Origin: Eledone cirrhosa
Taxonomy: Eukaryota
Length of the DNA: 64,000 nt
Reading direction: 5' to 3'
NCBI GenBank assembly: GCA_964016885.1
Contig: OZ024743.1
Location: 19,406,001 to 19,470,000 of the forward strand
Shown here one piece after another: positions 23,076-36,560 of the stretch. The notes under the pieces are model-generated. The model was not told the DNA's origin and did no database searches. It worked only from the letters and a program-made list of their open reading frames with translations. How positions within the stretch are numbered: position 1 is the first letter of the stretch; each line of letters starts with the position of its first letter. A program made the translations under genes and the position numbers.

Positions 23076-25475
23076 ATATATGCAATTGACCATCTCCAGC
23101 AAGCTATGATTACACCCAATTCTATATAGACTTTAGTTTATTTGAGGCGAGTGTGTCATACTGATGAAAGTTTAACAAATCTTGAACCAACTTGTCTAAC
23201 ATTTTCAGAACATACTGGCAACACGGTGATATATATGTCGTGGTGGAATGGAGCAGACTGAAATTAATGAAGACAAGCACATTCCCCTTCGGTCAAGCCT
23301 TTACCAATTTTTTCACATTTCATTTTGAAAGGTAGATGAGTGCGGAGAACGCGGTGCTATCTTCCAGCAAATTTATGAGAGGGTGGGCAAAAGTAGCAAA
23401 AATGGCAAGAGGGAACGAAACTACTCTCAGACTGTGCCTGGCCGGAAAAAAACACGGAGAAGGCACGCAACATTGTTATGTAGATTGATTGTAGATCTGT
23501 GAGATTACTCAATAAATATTCAGGTCTTTGTACGGGAGGACTGAACTTATTATATGATTATATACTATATACGCCTAACTTGTACATCATTTACCGGTGT
23601 TGCCCAATTTCTCATTTCTCTATAAAACCAACCTTAATGTTGTAACTTCTTTTTTAGTGTTTCCTTCATCCGATGCACGTGTGGAAAATTAAAAAAATCA
23701 TTTTTATTAATGTCCATAATTTCTATAAGCTACATCACTCCTTTTTACATAATTTCTCTCCATTGATTTTATCCTTTCTCCCACTTCTTTTTCTGTTTCT
23801 TCCAGTTTCTTTTATTTTCTACATTCTCTTTTACTCTTACTTGTCTTTGTGTTCCCTTTTATAGATTTTTTCTTTATTTCTCCCTTTCCTAACTTTCCAG
23901 GAATGGCTCCCGAATCTATCCACAGTTTTCTCTCCAACACCACACCTTCTCCATTCTCCATTTCAACCACTTTATAAGCTATTTACAAGCGATTTTATCA
24001 GCTATTACTTATAGTAATCAACTGTCGTCACCCTTATTCTCTGTGTTTGGGATCCCTGATTTAAAAAAAATAGTATACATATAAAAAAGGATGTGATCTA
24101 TTGGGGGTGGGGCAAAGGGTAAAAATGCTGAGAACAATAAATAATAACTCGTGTAAAGTATACCTGGGGTTTGAAATCATGACAGGCACCTATATAAGGC
24201 GTGTCTCTCGTATACAGGGCATCCATGTTTAACCATTACACCAAATGCATCTGGTCAATAATTACTCTCATATTGAAACTTTAAATGTTAATCTTTAAAT
24301 ATAATTAACGTTTGCTCGATTAAAACGGCAGCAATGAAATTTGAAACTTGAAGATATGATTGTTTCTTTGGGAAGCCGACACAATGCAGATAACTAGAAA
24401 CACTAGAGTTTGTATATATGTTTGTATCTACGTATGTATATATATATATATGTGAGTGGTTTTATGTGCGTATTTGTGTATTATGTTTAGAATATCCAAA
24501 GGTGTAGACGGAGCTCAATTTTTGAATAGAATTCTCGTGTGTATATTTATTATCTACTATGATATTGGCATTGAAAAACACATGTTTCTTTGCAAACAAC
24601 CGATTTGTGTTGAGAAGAAATGTGAGAATATTTTTTTTTTCATGAATTGTTTTCCCTTTTCTAAAATGGCTTCGCCTGAGGAATTGTAATAGCTGATTTG
24701 GTCCCAATAGAAATCAGTTTATTGCAAAGAGACATATGCCATGTAATGCTAATATTATGGTTCGTAATGAACACACACACAAATCTACACATAAACACAC
24801 ACAGACAGACTGTAAATATTTAAGCATGTGTATACATATATATATATACACACAAGTGCGTGTATCTCTCTACATTAACAAGTATGTTTGTCAAATGATA
24901 ATTTAATGTGTTTCCAAACTATTTAGGTATATATTCAATGAAATTCATAAAGTGTATTCAGCTGGTGTATATATAAATGTACATACATAAACACATATAT
25001 ATATACATATGAATTATATATACATATATATGTGTATGTGTGTGTGTGTATGTATGTGTGCGTGTGTGTATGTAGGTAGTGGTGATGGAGATGTATCTGT
25101 GTGTGTGTAGTAGTATGTTTTTTTTTCTTTGTGTTGTTTCCCTTTCCCATATACCTCAAGCAAATGTGACTGATTCCGAAATGAAAAGATATAAAATACA
25201 TTTTCTTTTCTAATAAAAAAGCATACATGCAGAAATTTCACAATGCATTGCCTAGAAAATTGAACAGCGTCTAGTCAACATTGAATATTAGTTGTGAAAA
25301 CAGAAATAAAATAATTTCTTTCAAAGAAGGAAAAGACACAAAAACAAATTGTTCGTTCATTGTTGTCATTTCGCATAATTATTATTTCTGTACGCAGAGA
25401 AGTGGGTGACAGTCAAAACGTTTGACTGTAAAAATACGACTGAATCACAGGACTAAAAATATGTTGATTCTAATA

Positions 25476-25592
25476 ACTGTTTCTACTTTAGGCACAAGGC
25501 CAGCAATTACCCAGTGCATTACTGGTACTTTATTTTATCGACCCCGTAAGGATGAAAGGCAAAGTCAACCTCGGCGGTATTTGAACTCAGAT
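25476..25592 (-). mobile_element. SINE copy (5'-truncated)
   Basis: ggcacaaggccagcaatt...atcgaccccgtaaggatgaaaggcaaag...tttgaactcag on + strand. Confidence 0.85.
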
Positions 25593-26064
25593 CGTAATTG
25601 TTTTCTGTGTTACTGATTACGGGAGTGTATTATTTACATCAGTTTGACGCTATTTTATATGAGGCCATAACTATAAGTATCTGCAAAATTTTACACCGGG
25701 TGGATCACCCAAAATCACCAATTGTGACATTTAGGATATTGGATTTATAAATACGACAATAACCGTAGGCTTGGAAGATCTTTTGTTTGTATACTCTTAA
25801 GCATTAAAACAACAGTATATTCTTTGTCTATTTGATCCTGACTTTAAATCCCTTTAGCAATGATTTGGCGATGGAAATAAAAAAAATTTAATATATGCAA
25901 GATGTTTTATTCGATTTTTGAAAGCAACATAACTGCCAGACACATACACACACGCGCGCACCTGCACACACACACGCGCGCACGCACACAAACATATTTG
26001 TGTATATATATATATATATATATTCAATAAGGAAAGAAATCTTAAGAAAACCATACAAAGCAAT

Positions 26065-26250
26065 AATTGTTTCTACTTTTGGCACAAGGCCAGCAATTAC
26101 TCAGTACATTACTGGTACTCTATTTTATCGACCCCGTAAGGATGAAAAGCAAAGTTGACCTCGGCGGGGTTTGAACTCAGAATGGAAACGGCCGTAACAC
26201 TATGTGTCAAAGCATGACGTCCGACCCTCTACCGATACTGCCAATCCTCC
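26065..26250 (-). mobile_element. SINE copy (near full length)
   Basis: Closely similar to 25476 copy plus tRNA-like head matching 48274 copy (ccgaccctctacc..tactgccaatcc). Confidence 0.87.
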
Positions 26251-26710
26251 TCCGATACAAGGCGATAATGATATATGTTTGTATAACCCTTCATATAGTA
26301 GGAAACATCTTAGACGTGAGTTCTATATCGAAGGTTATTATGAACTCAAGAAATGAAGATATTAGGGAAAAAAATAACAAATGGAAAGATGGTTGATAGT
26401 GAAAAAGAAAACGGGCAAAGTTAGACAATTTAGTTAGGGAGTCATGTCGTAAAGTCTCCCTTTTCAAAACCAGCTTCAATAAAACAAATTATAAATGAGT
26501 GTATATGTGAGCGTTTGCTTCGTTTGTACGAAATGTTGCGGGTGTTAAAATGCTGATGCCTGTCAGATTATGAGCAAATGTGTGGTTATTGACCATATAC
26601 GAGGATGTGTACGTATTGTAAATACAGGATGTTTATAAACTCATGTGGAGACCTTTCGATATGATTCGATATGAACTTTCAGTTTGTGACAATCGTCACA
26701 CACCTAGCGT

Positions 26711-26828
<118 letters not shown>

Positions 26829-27097
26829 AATGATATTAAATAAATGGAAACTATATTTATAAAACCATATTTATTCTATTATGTATATTTCAAGGGTACC
26901 AAAAACTATGGTACGCTTTCATCAGATAAAATACAAAGTGTGTTTTATAAATTTTGACATAGCAAATGAAACATACCTAATCAGTTGAATTTCCCTTGGA
27001 TATATTTAATATCATTGAATATTTACTCCAGAAACATGTCCAGTGCTCTGAATCAGTTATTTGTTGAATTTCCAACAAATTAAATATCCCTTCTACT

Positions 27098-27133
<36 letters not shown>

Positions 27134-27138
<5 letters not shown>

Positions 27139-27360
27139 TGCGGACTGTGTCTAAACATATTGGTTGCCAGGAGATGAAGGGCGACTACCTACATATAGAA
27201 TGCTACCATTTAATTTTTATAATGAATAAATAGAATTTTCGAAAAAAGACGTAAGTGGAAACAAAACAGTGCAGTCTTTGTGGGAAAATATCTTACCTTC
27301 TCCAATAAAAAAATATTATGTATTTTGCGAAATCCAGAGATTTTCAATAATAACCAGAAG
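27134..27360 (+). repeat. unclassified dispersed repeat, copy 1 (copy 2 about 27931-28155)
   Basis: Both start after TA-rich sequence with TAC(A/T)GTG and share aatgcta(c/t)catttaat..ttataatgaataaata, gtggaaacaaaa, tgtattttgcgaaat. Confidence 0.6.
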
Positions 27361-27477
27361 GTCGACCCTAAATATTACTAATGCCTCTAGGAAAGACATG
27401 AACGACACCACATCTTTTTAACTTTGATTTTGAAAGTAGGTTTATAATTATCAATGTTCACAATACTCGCGTAGCGG

Positions 27478-27550
27478 TCACGGTGGCCTAGTTGGAGAAA
27501 TAATAGACAGCGGTCATCATGTCTGAGGTTCAATCCTGGTCGGGAGTAGG
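27478..27550 (+). mobile_element. possible tRNA-derived SINE head of a second family
   Basis: A-box-like GTGGCCTAGTTGG and B-box-like GGTTCAATCC. Confidence 0.35.
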
Positions 27551-27763
27551 GGTCACAAAATGTTCAAAACAAAGTGTTGTGGTGTCGTTAATGTCTTTCT
27601 TAATGCTATTGCTCCTACTTAAGGTCGACTTCTAAATCAACTGGGTGTTCCATAAGCTACATCCACGTTTTGTTTCTCATATATCTAGACTATATTTTAA
27701 CCTGTGATCCATGTTTCATTTCTGTTGCACCTTATTTCTCCCCATCTCTCTCTTTCACACACA

Positions 27764-27831
<68 letters not shown>

Positions 27832-29234
27832 GATATTTCAATCTACAATGATTTGGGCTTACCTTATTCCTATATATATGATTTTGGATGTCAGATTCAA
27901 ACTTACAATGATTGGCATTATATATAAATATACTGTGGTGGACTAAATCTAAAAATCTTGGCTGCCATATGAAGGGGGCCCACCTATAAAATGCTATCAT
28001 TTAATGTTTATAATGAATAAATAACATTTTCAAAAAATACATAGGTGGAAACAAAAGAGTGTAATCAAATTTTTATGGAAAGATCTCTTAACATCTCTAA
28101 TAAAAAATATGTATTTTGCGAAATTCAAAGACTTTCAATGATGAACCTTGGTCTTTCACACTTACTCAATATATATGTGTGTGTGTGTGTATGTGTGTGT
28201 ATGTGTGTGTATGTGTGTGTACATGTGTGTGTGTGCGTGCGCGTGTGTGTAGTGTGTGTGTGCGTGTGTGTTGTGTGTGTGCGCGTGCGTGTGCGTGTAT
28301 ATATATATATATGAGCGGAACAAGTAAACATTAAACAATCTTTTAAATAAATTAAAATACGATTTAAATATTTACCTCTTCTAGTGCCATAACCGACGGT
28401 TTCGCTTATCAAAAGATTGGAAAGTCAGAGAATTTCCAATGGAAAGATATAGCTCTTCAGAGAGCTTTTCCAAATCTACTAGAGATAAATCCACGTAGAT
28501 GTGGATGTATCGCCTTCTGCCCGGTGAATGAATCAAGCCGTTAAAATGACCCACACACAAATGGGCCGTTAGAAAAAGTGGGAATTATAGACTCGTTGAA
28601 TTTCATGTTGCTAGAAATAGCAGCATGATACAACATTTTTTTCTCTACATTAAGGAGAAATCAGATAAATGATATAGATATCCAGTAGGTACTAAGTACC
28701 CACGGAAATAGATATGGTGTCTATAATAGTGGTTGTTCTATGGTACTAATTTGAGATACCAGAACTGTAATATATATATATATATATGCTTGTGTGTCTG
28801 TGTCTATATATGTATGTTTGCATGCCTGAATGAATACACTAAGATTTAGATTTAGTAGAATGTACAACCACTGATTCCAGCTATTTGCACTATCGTATAT
28901 TTTCGTTTCTAGTAATTCCCTGGGGAATTGGCGGACCAAATACTTTGTTTAACTGTTTTATTTTTATTTTTTTTAATGTTTTTTTTTCTCTTAGACATCA
29001 GCAAAGTATTTGCCCTTAAAATACTACAGTGGGCCCTGCAAGGCTACTGGGGCACTTGCAATGCTACCGTGGACGCCTGGGGCCAACTTGCCAAAGGGCA
29101 ACCTGGCAACATGGCTACTCTGCCACTATATATATAGTATAAGCAGAAAATCAATACAATTACAAAAGATAAGTGTCCCAGCATGGCAATCAGCCGGATG
29201 GCTGCAGCAGGTAAAAGAGTAAAAGAGTACTGCG

Positions 29235-29478
29235 TGTTTGTTGGAGACAATGGGATGGACCCCGAGCAAGATGGTTGCATAACATCCATGAGTTGTATGG
29301 TCACTATTGGGGGTCCATCCGGATCAGTTAGAGACGCTTGTTTGTGACAGGACACGCTGGAGGGAGTGCGTAAGGGCTCTGCCCCCACGAACATCTCAGG
29401 AAGAAGAAGAAGAAGAAGAAGAAGAAGAAGAAGAAGAAGAAGAAGAAGAAGAAGAAGAAGAAGAAGAAGAAGAAGAAG
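29235..29478 (+). mobile_element. RTE-clade 3' end with (GAA)n tail
   Basis: PRARWLHNIHE..LGVHPDQLETLVCDRTRWRECVRALPPRT followed by (GAA)n at about 29400-29478. Confidence 0.7.
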
Positions 29479-29489
29479 CTCGAAATGAT

Positions 29490-29615
29490 TGGATATCGAT
29501 ATAATCCCATCCTACGGGATCGATAAATTAAATCACCATTATTGCACTGGGGCCGATGTGATCGACTTTCGCCTCCCAACAAATTGCTGGCCTTGCGCCT
29601 AAAGTAGATAATTAT
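29490..29615 (+). mobile_element. degenerate SINE 3' part
   Basis: catcctacgggatcgataaattaaa...actggggccgatgtgatcgact...aaattgctggccttgcgcctaaagtaga. Confidence 0.7.
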
Positions 29616-29984
29616 CTACATACGTACGTATATATATATATGTGAGTGTGTGTTTGTGCGTGTGTGTGTATGTGTGTGTGTGTGTCTGTGATTGTCTAGT
29701 TGACTGTATATTATATACTTACTATACACACATACAGTTATATGAGTGTGTGATATACACTTATATGCTACGTGACGAGTACACACTCATTACATACAAT
29801 CAAATACACATTATGCAAAGTTAAAAGTAAAAGCTGCATGTAAACAATATATTCATAAGTAGGATGTTTAATATATTCTGCATTTATACATGTTTGCTTC
29901 ATTTTATATAAACAGTTAAATGACGTTTTTATGTGTATATATATTATTCCGTAATATATTTTTGTTTTATATAAGTATATAAAG

Positions 29985-30083
29985 TATATATATATATATG
30001 TATGTATATATATATATATGTATGTATATATATATATATATATATATATTATTCCGTAATATATTTTTGTTTTATATAAGTAT

Positions 30084-30148
<65 letters not shown>

Positions 30149-30251
30149 ACATATATGTAGAATATATATATACATACCCCACACACAAACACATCTGTCT
30201 GCATATGTATCTCGATGATAGTTTGCATGTATTTATGCCTATCGATATAAT

Positions 30252-30292
<41 letters not shown>

Positions 30293-30380
30293 ATGTGTGT
30301 GTTTGAGTGTGTGTAAATATATATGTATTCGTTTATTTATATATAAGTATGTATATATAAATTTCGTTTCATTTTTTCCG

Positions 30381-30468
<88 letters not shown>

Positions 30469-30792
30469 CTGAGAGAGAGATATATACTTCAGTGTGTGTT
30501 AATATGATTGTAATAATTGCTTCATATGTGAGTCTATGTCACATGACAATGGAACTGTGCATCATTGAATTATGTATAACATACAAACTTTTCCATTTCT
30601 TCTACAATAACCAACTGCTAATTAACTAGACAGTATTTTTCTTCTTTTTCGTTTTCTTAAGCCTCGTCGTTTTACATTTTATCATTGCGTTTTACTTCTT
30701 CTTTATACCCGCCCATAACATGAGTGCATATATCCACGTGCATATATACGCATAGATATTTAGATATGTATGTATATAAATACACACACGCG

Positions 30793-30834
<42 letters not shown>

Positions 30835-30883
30835 TATACACACACTCACACAAACACACACACATTCAGATATATATGTATAC

Positions 30884-30950
<67 letters not shown>
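29985..30950. repeat. cluster of (TA)n, (TG)n, (GA)n, (CA)n microsatellites
   Basis: direct reading; includes a local duplication of about 45 bp at 29941 and 30046. Confidence 0.9.
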
Positions 30951-30951
<1 letters not shown>

Positions 30952-31285
30952 GAGAGCAATCCAAAAAGTAAGGTCTCCAAAGCGATGGGGACGCAGAGGA
31001 ACTGTTCGTACGGCTGTTGGCAACACTGTTGTGATGGTGCTTCCTTCACTCCCAAACAAGCATGCGCGCGCTTCGCTGGGATGCTCAATCTTGGCTTGGC
31101 AGCCGTTGAGAATGGAGCTCCCGTTGAACATTACCGCTAAGTGCGAAGTTTGCCCAGTTATTCGGTTTTTGAACGCAAAAGGCGTTGAACCGATTGAAAT
31201 TCATCGCCAATTGACGGAAGTGTCTGGACAGTCGTGCATGGATGTCGAAAACGTTGGCAAGTGGTGTAGAGAGTTTGCAGTCATA
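30949..31285 (+). mobile_element. mariner (Tc1/mariner) left-end fragment inserted in (TA)n
   Basis: Starts TA-CGAGAG..; ATG 31112 encodes MELPL..KCEVCPVIRFLNAKGVEPIEIHRQLTEVSG..V.KWCREF, the mariner N-terminal HTH; truncated. Confidence 0.8.
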
Positions 31286-31289
31286 AAGT

Positions 31290-31725
31290 AAGACCAGTGG
31301 TTGACTGCCAGGCTGCTGTTGGAGATGCTACTCATCATGATTGCCAAGCATGTGGTAGAGAATGTAAATCAGCAGGAGGGCTCAAACGACATGCAAAAGT
31401 ACATGAACTCCAACCACAGCCGTCTATTCCCAGTGAATGTTTTGGTTGCCGACTCTGTGCAAAACATTTTAGATCATTGGCTGGGCTAAAAAGCCACATT
31501 CGATCGCAGCGCTGTTAATTACTAACGTGTGTGTGTATATATGTGTTTATGAGTGTGCGTGTGTGTGTATATATATATATATATATGTATATTATTATTG
31601 TTGTTGTTGTCGTTATTATTATTGTTGTTATTAAGTTTTTTTTCTCGTGCAATGGCCATACTCGATAACGAGGGGACAGCCATCATGTGTGAATGTATGT
31701 GTATATGTATGTATGAGTGTATGTA
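31290..31725 (+). mobile_element. LINE (probably RTE) 3' end with two C2H2-like fingers and (ATGT)n tail
   Basis: CQACGRECKSAGGLKRHAKVH and CRLCAKHFRSLAGLKSHIRSQ; terminus aatggccatactcgataacgagggg.cagc.atcatgt. Confidence 0.6.
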
Positions 31726-31749
31726 TGTATCAATATATATATGTATTTA

Positions 31750-32386
31750 TGTCAGGTCACTCTTGAGTGCTACAGGGGACATGTAACCCAGTACAACCTG
31801 TCGCATAATCGGTTCGTCGGCGACTAAAGCTGCAACCCCCACCAAGTTTACTTGGTGAGGAGGGGGATTTTGCACAACCTGCAGGACAAAGAACAAAACC
31901 CGACAAAGGGCGGAAGAACTCATAAGAGTCAACGGCCATCCAAAAATGTGTAAATATGTCTATGCATATATATATGTATATATGTATATGCATGTGTGCA
32001 TGCGTATGTATATCCGCGGAGACATAGAAATGGTCGGGCTGGATACCCGATCGCGCGTTTAAGTCACTGGGGGGTGAAGGACCCTTAGCCTTTGTCATGG
32101 CATTTTTCTAGGAGAAGGCAACTCAGGAAACTGGGATAACTCAAACATAAAACCTGCGACTCAGTAGTTACCGATGATGTTGAGCTTTTCTTCTTTTCGG
32201 GATATAGCTCCTTTCGCTCAGAGAGTAGGATTGGCTCAGTGCACAATCTTTCCTCACTTTAGAAAAAATCTTCACGTAGAGGCATTGCACGATAGGATTA
32301 TTTAATAATTATTAATAATGTTATATCCTGTAATGGCCATACTCGATAACGAGGGGGCAGCTATCATGTATGTAAGTATGTATGTC
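31750..32386 (+). mobile_element. non-autonomous bipartite RTE-derived element
   Basis: RTE 5'UTR-like motif atggc....ctaggagaaggcaactc at about 32097-32125; 3' terminus 32333-32385 nearly identical to 31651-31690; no ORF. Confidence 0.5.
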
Positions 32387-32802
32387 TAGATAGATGGAGA
32401 GTTAGATATAGCCAAGTGAAAGTTATTCATTCTCGTCAGAAATAAACACACACACAACTAAACCATTTGATTTTGTGATATCGAAATAGAACGTGTTTTG
32501 CCATCCATTGCTATGACTTCGGACAATTCTTCTAATAGTAATTAAGAATCAGATTCCCAGAGGTTGTGCCGAAAATCTGCAAAGCTTCCAGATCATGAAT
32601 TCTGAATGTTTATTGTATTATAAGTACTGATGTTTCTGCGTCGGAATTATTTTCCCTTTTTTCTTTTGTATTAATATTAATGTTTCCTTCCAAACGAGCA
32701 TATAAGAACTTCTTTTATTTTATTTGTTTCTTTAAAGTTTCGACTTTGAAAAGTTTCCAATATAAATTACGAAAACATGAGGTTACCGAGAATGAGGAGG
32801 AT

Positions 32803-32803
<1 letters not shown>

Positions 32804-32852
<49 letters not shown>
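32804..32852. repeat. (AAT)n at E 3' end
   Basis: direct reading. Confidence 0.97.
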
Positions 32853-32854
<2 letters not shown>

Positions 32855-33104
32855 TTTCTTTATTAACCACAAGGGTTTACATAAAGTAGACATTAAGGAC
32901 ACTGCAGGACAATACAGGACGGTACAAATGGGCATTTCTGCGTGTAAAAAACAAAAACAGAGGATGTAACAAAAAAAATAACAATGAAAAATTTCCCAAT
33001 AGGGGGGAGACTTCGGAGGGACATTTGTGGAGAAAGCCCAGTAAAAGGCCACAGTGACCCTGACCACCAAGGCAAGTGCCCTCTCCCAGTTTTCCACCTT
33101 TAAT

Positions 33105-36100
33105 TTACAGACACATACTCAGAGTAGGCCCATTCACTCGGGCCATTCTTGCCTCTCTCACCCATCTTTCAACGAAATGCTGGGAAGAGAGCACTTCCCT
33201 TTCTACCCTGATTTTCCTTTTCAAATGAAATGTGAAAAAGTTAATCAGGGCATCACCGAAGAGGTAAGTGCTCGTCTTCGGCCCTTTCAAACGTGTCCAC
33301 CATACTATCTCTTTCGCCATGGCCACCAGACAGATAAAAACTGCCTGCCCTTCCCGGCTATAGGAAGAGGGCGGGGCAATCCTCACGATGGACTCAGCTG
33401 ATAGCTGGATCCGTCCCGCACGCGACAGCAGGTGTTCGACATAAACCCACAAGTCAGCAATGCTCGGACACTGGACGAGTGCCTGCAGGACGGTTTCGTC
33501 GCCCTGCGCGCATCTCGGACATGCCCGGCTGACGGCACCTCCATGCCTGTAGAGTTTATCCCGAACTGGCAAAGCTCCTCGGTAGCACTGCCAGGCCAGG
33601 GATTTCTGGAAGTTGTCCATAGGCCCCGGCCCGAAATTCTTCCGAAGAGATTGGCTAGTTGATTTTCGTCGACGCCTAGAGTTTCCCCAAGTACGTCGTC
33701 GCTCTTCCCCTCCACTAATCCTCTATAGAACGCCAAGGTGGCGTTTCCACCGATCACATTGCCCGATTGGTCGAGGGCTGTGAGCGCCTGAAGACATTCC
33801 AGTCTCCAAGCGCTCCCTCTCGGTCTTCGCTTGACCCAGGGCTGCAGCTCCGTCAAGGAGACGAGCTGGGGAAAGACGCGTCTAGCAAACGGAGACCACA
33901 TCTGATCACCGTCGAGGAAGAGGTGGAGATGTCGTAGCCTGAGCGCGTGTCTGGGCATCATTAGCCACGACATTCCCAGCCCTCCACGTAGCGGGTGTTG
34001 ACAGCAGATGGACCGCCTGACCATCGGAGCGCGTCCCTTCCACAAGAAGCGAAAGAGCAAACGCTCCAGCCCAGTCAGGTGGGGCTTAGGACAAGGTACG
34101 ACGGTCAGGCGGTAGTAGATGACGGACGCGATGTACGCGTTAGCCACCTCCGCTCGACCTTTCAGGGATACCTTCCTCTCGGCCCATTTCTGGGTGAGAG
34201 AAGCCACCCTGCTTGTCACCTCGTCCCAGTTTTTGTCCGTCTGGAGGTCTGGACCGAAACAGACCCCTAGCAATTTAACCGGTCCGTCCGTCCAGCGCCC
34301 GACGACGCTGTTGGACGGCATGGACCTGCCTCTCCAGGTGCCGAGCTGCAGGCCCATTGACTTTTCCTGGTTGATCGTGCTCCTGTCACCGCTTCGTATT
34401 CTCTTAGTGTAGTGCCGATTGCCTCGATGTGTTTGGCGTTCGACACCACTACGCTGACATCGTCCGCATATGCTGACACGGATCTTCCGCATCCTAGTTC
34501 GCGCGGGATCCCCCTCAACGTCTCCAGTTTGTGCAGTAATGGCTCGAGTGTCAATACCTACAAGAGGGACGAGAGGGGACATCCTTGGCGGATCGAACGC
34601 ATGATGTTGAACGGTTCCGAAAGGTGACCATTCACTCTCACTACAGAGGAGATGTCGCTGTGCATGGCAGCGATCCAGCCTCTGAAGACGGGCCCAAAGC
34701 CAGCCGCCCTCAGGACTGCCGATAGGTAACGATGATCGACCTTATCGAAAGCTTTCGACTGATCTAAATTGATCAAGGACCGACCCATGCCAGGTTCCCT
34801 AGCTACCCTCTCTACGATGTATCGCATGAGGTGGAGGTTGTCGTGGATGGATCTGTCGGGAATGGCGCATGTCTGCGCCTCTCCCACCAGACCACCAACG
34901 ACAAGCGCCAACCTCTTTGCTAGCACCTTGGCCAAAATCTTGAACTCTGTGTTTAGCAGAGTTATGGGCCTAACATTATCTATGTTATCCCCCTTGGTCG
35001 GATCCTTTCTCAGCAGGACCACAGCTCCTCGGCTCACAGAGCTGGGAATTCTCCCGTTCTGTTGCCAGTTGCAGTAGACGTCCGCCATGAGGCCTCCGAA
35101 CAAGTCTCGCATCTGTAAGTAAAGTTCATAGAGCAGACCATCCAAACCAGGCGATTTACCCCTTGTGCAGCTAGTCATTTCCTCCCGTACTTCAGCGGCT
35201 GTTATCGGCTTTTCGCAACACTCCACCTCAGTGGCCGAGAGCCGCGGCAGTCCGTCGAGGTAGACACTAAAGTCCATCCCTCGATCCGGCCCGCCGCTTC
35301 CCCCGAACAACTAAGCGAAATGTCGCTGAAAAGCTTCACACATTTTCCCGGGATCGAGTAGCATGTGCCCGTCGTGATCCACCAAAGACCGGATCGTGGC
35401 TTTGTTGCCACGGCGCGCCTCCGACACTCGGGCCCATTGAACGGCTTTCGTTCCCTCGTGTCTGAGAGCACGCACCCTAGCTCTGACAACGCAGCCTTCG
35501 TGCTTTGCATTGAAGAATTGGTTAAGGGCCAATTTCGCCGCAAGTCCGTCGGTTGCGATGCCTTTGCTAAGCGCCTCGTCTAATTTTCTAACTAATTCTC
35601 CCTCTGCTCTATTTTTCTCTATTGCTAAAGCCTTATTAAACCTAATGGACTCTATTCTAATTGCTCTTTTCAGAGCAAACCACCACTTGTTGTTGACGAT
35701 GGCCCCCGTCAACGCCCGCTTAACTAGTTCGCTAATCCGGTCTGTGTAGGCCTTGCGCGCTGGTAAGACGCGTTTAGCTTCCAGTAGCCGGGTCCTCGTC
35801 TATGAAGCCTATCTAAATCAAGCACACAGATCACAAATTTATGGTCCGTGTAGCTGACTATCTTGAATTGTGGACAGCCTATGCTAGACCTATCTATTTC
35901 TCTACAAAATACTCTATCTACATATGATCTGGAAGACCCTATGCGATTTGTCCAAGTCCACATTGGCACATTCGGGAAATCCAATCGGTACCTGTCAGAC
36001 AGTTCAAAACGCCTGAGCAGGTTGGTGAGGCTCTTGCACCCTCCTCCCCTATCCGCTAATCCCACACAGTCCCAGCGTGCATCTAAGATCCCGTTCCAGT

Positions 36101-36526
36101 CGCCCACTAACACTAAAGAGCGGGACGTTCCAAGAAGGGTCTCCAGACGCAGAAAGAAATCAAGCCGCCCTGCTCCTGTCGGGGCATAGACGGCCACTAG
36201 CCTGAAAGCTTGCCCGTCTCTGCTGGTCACGTCTAGCACCACCAACTTACCTTCTGGGTCCAGGAAGATGGCCCGTATGGCGAGATCCAAACCTCTCCTA
36301 AAAAGCACAGCAAATCAGCCCCCCCCCCCGATCCCGGGCGGCTGGGAGATACGTACACATCGTAGCCGCCGAAGATCGGTGCAAAGGCCCGTGCTTCAGA
36401 GATTCTGGTCTCGCTGATGGCCACTACCTCTATGTTTAGTGACCTGAGGTCGTTGAGCAGGTGGCCCTGTTTCCATGACGACCCCAAGCCACGCGCATTT
36501 ATGCTGCCTATTCTGAGTGAGGTCAT
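33105..36526 (-). pseudogene. ORF2 of copy E
   Basis: MTSLRIGSINARGL, GDWNGILD, LDQSKAFD, QGCPLS, YADD, CPRC; stops and frameshifts. Confidence 0.92.
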
Positions 36527-36560
36527 GTTGAAATGGAGTGGAAAAGATGGGAAAGACCAC

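Noticed and set aside
28390-28420. Hammerhead-like core on minus strand (TTGATAAGCGAAACCGTC)
   Set aside because: CTGATGA core is mutated and stems are not evident
31297-31518. Host C2H2 zinc-finger gene exon
   Set aside because: No TGEKP linkers; CxxC..S..GL..H pattern followed by a repeated retroelement tail fits a LINE C-terminus
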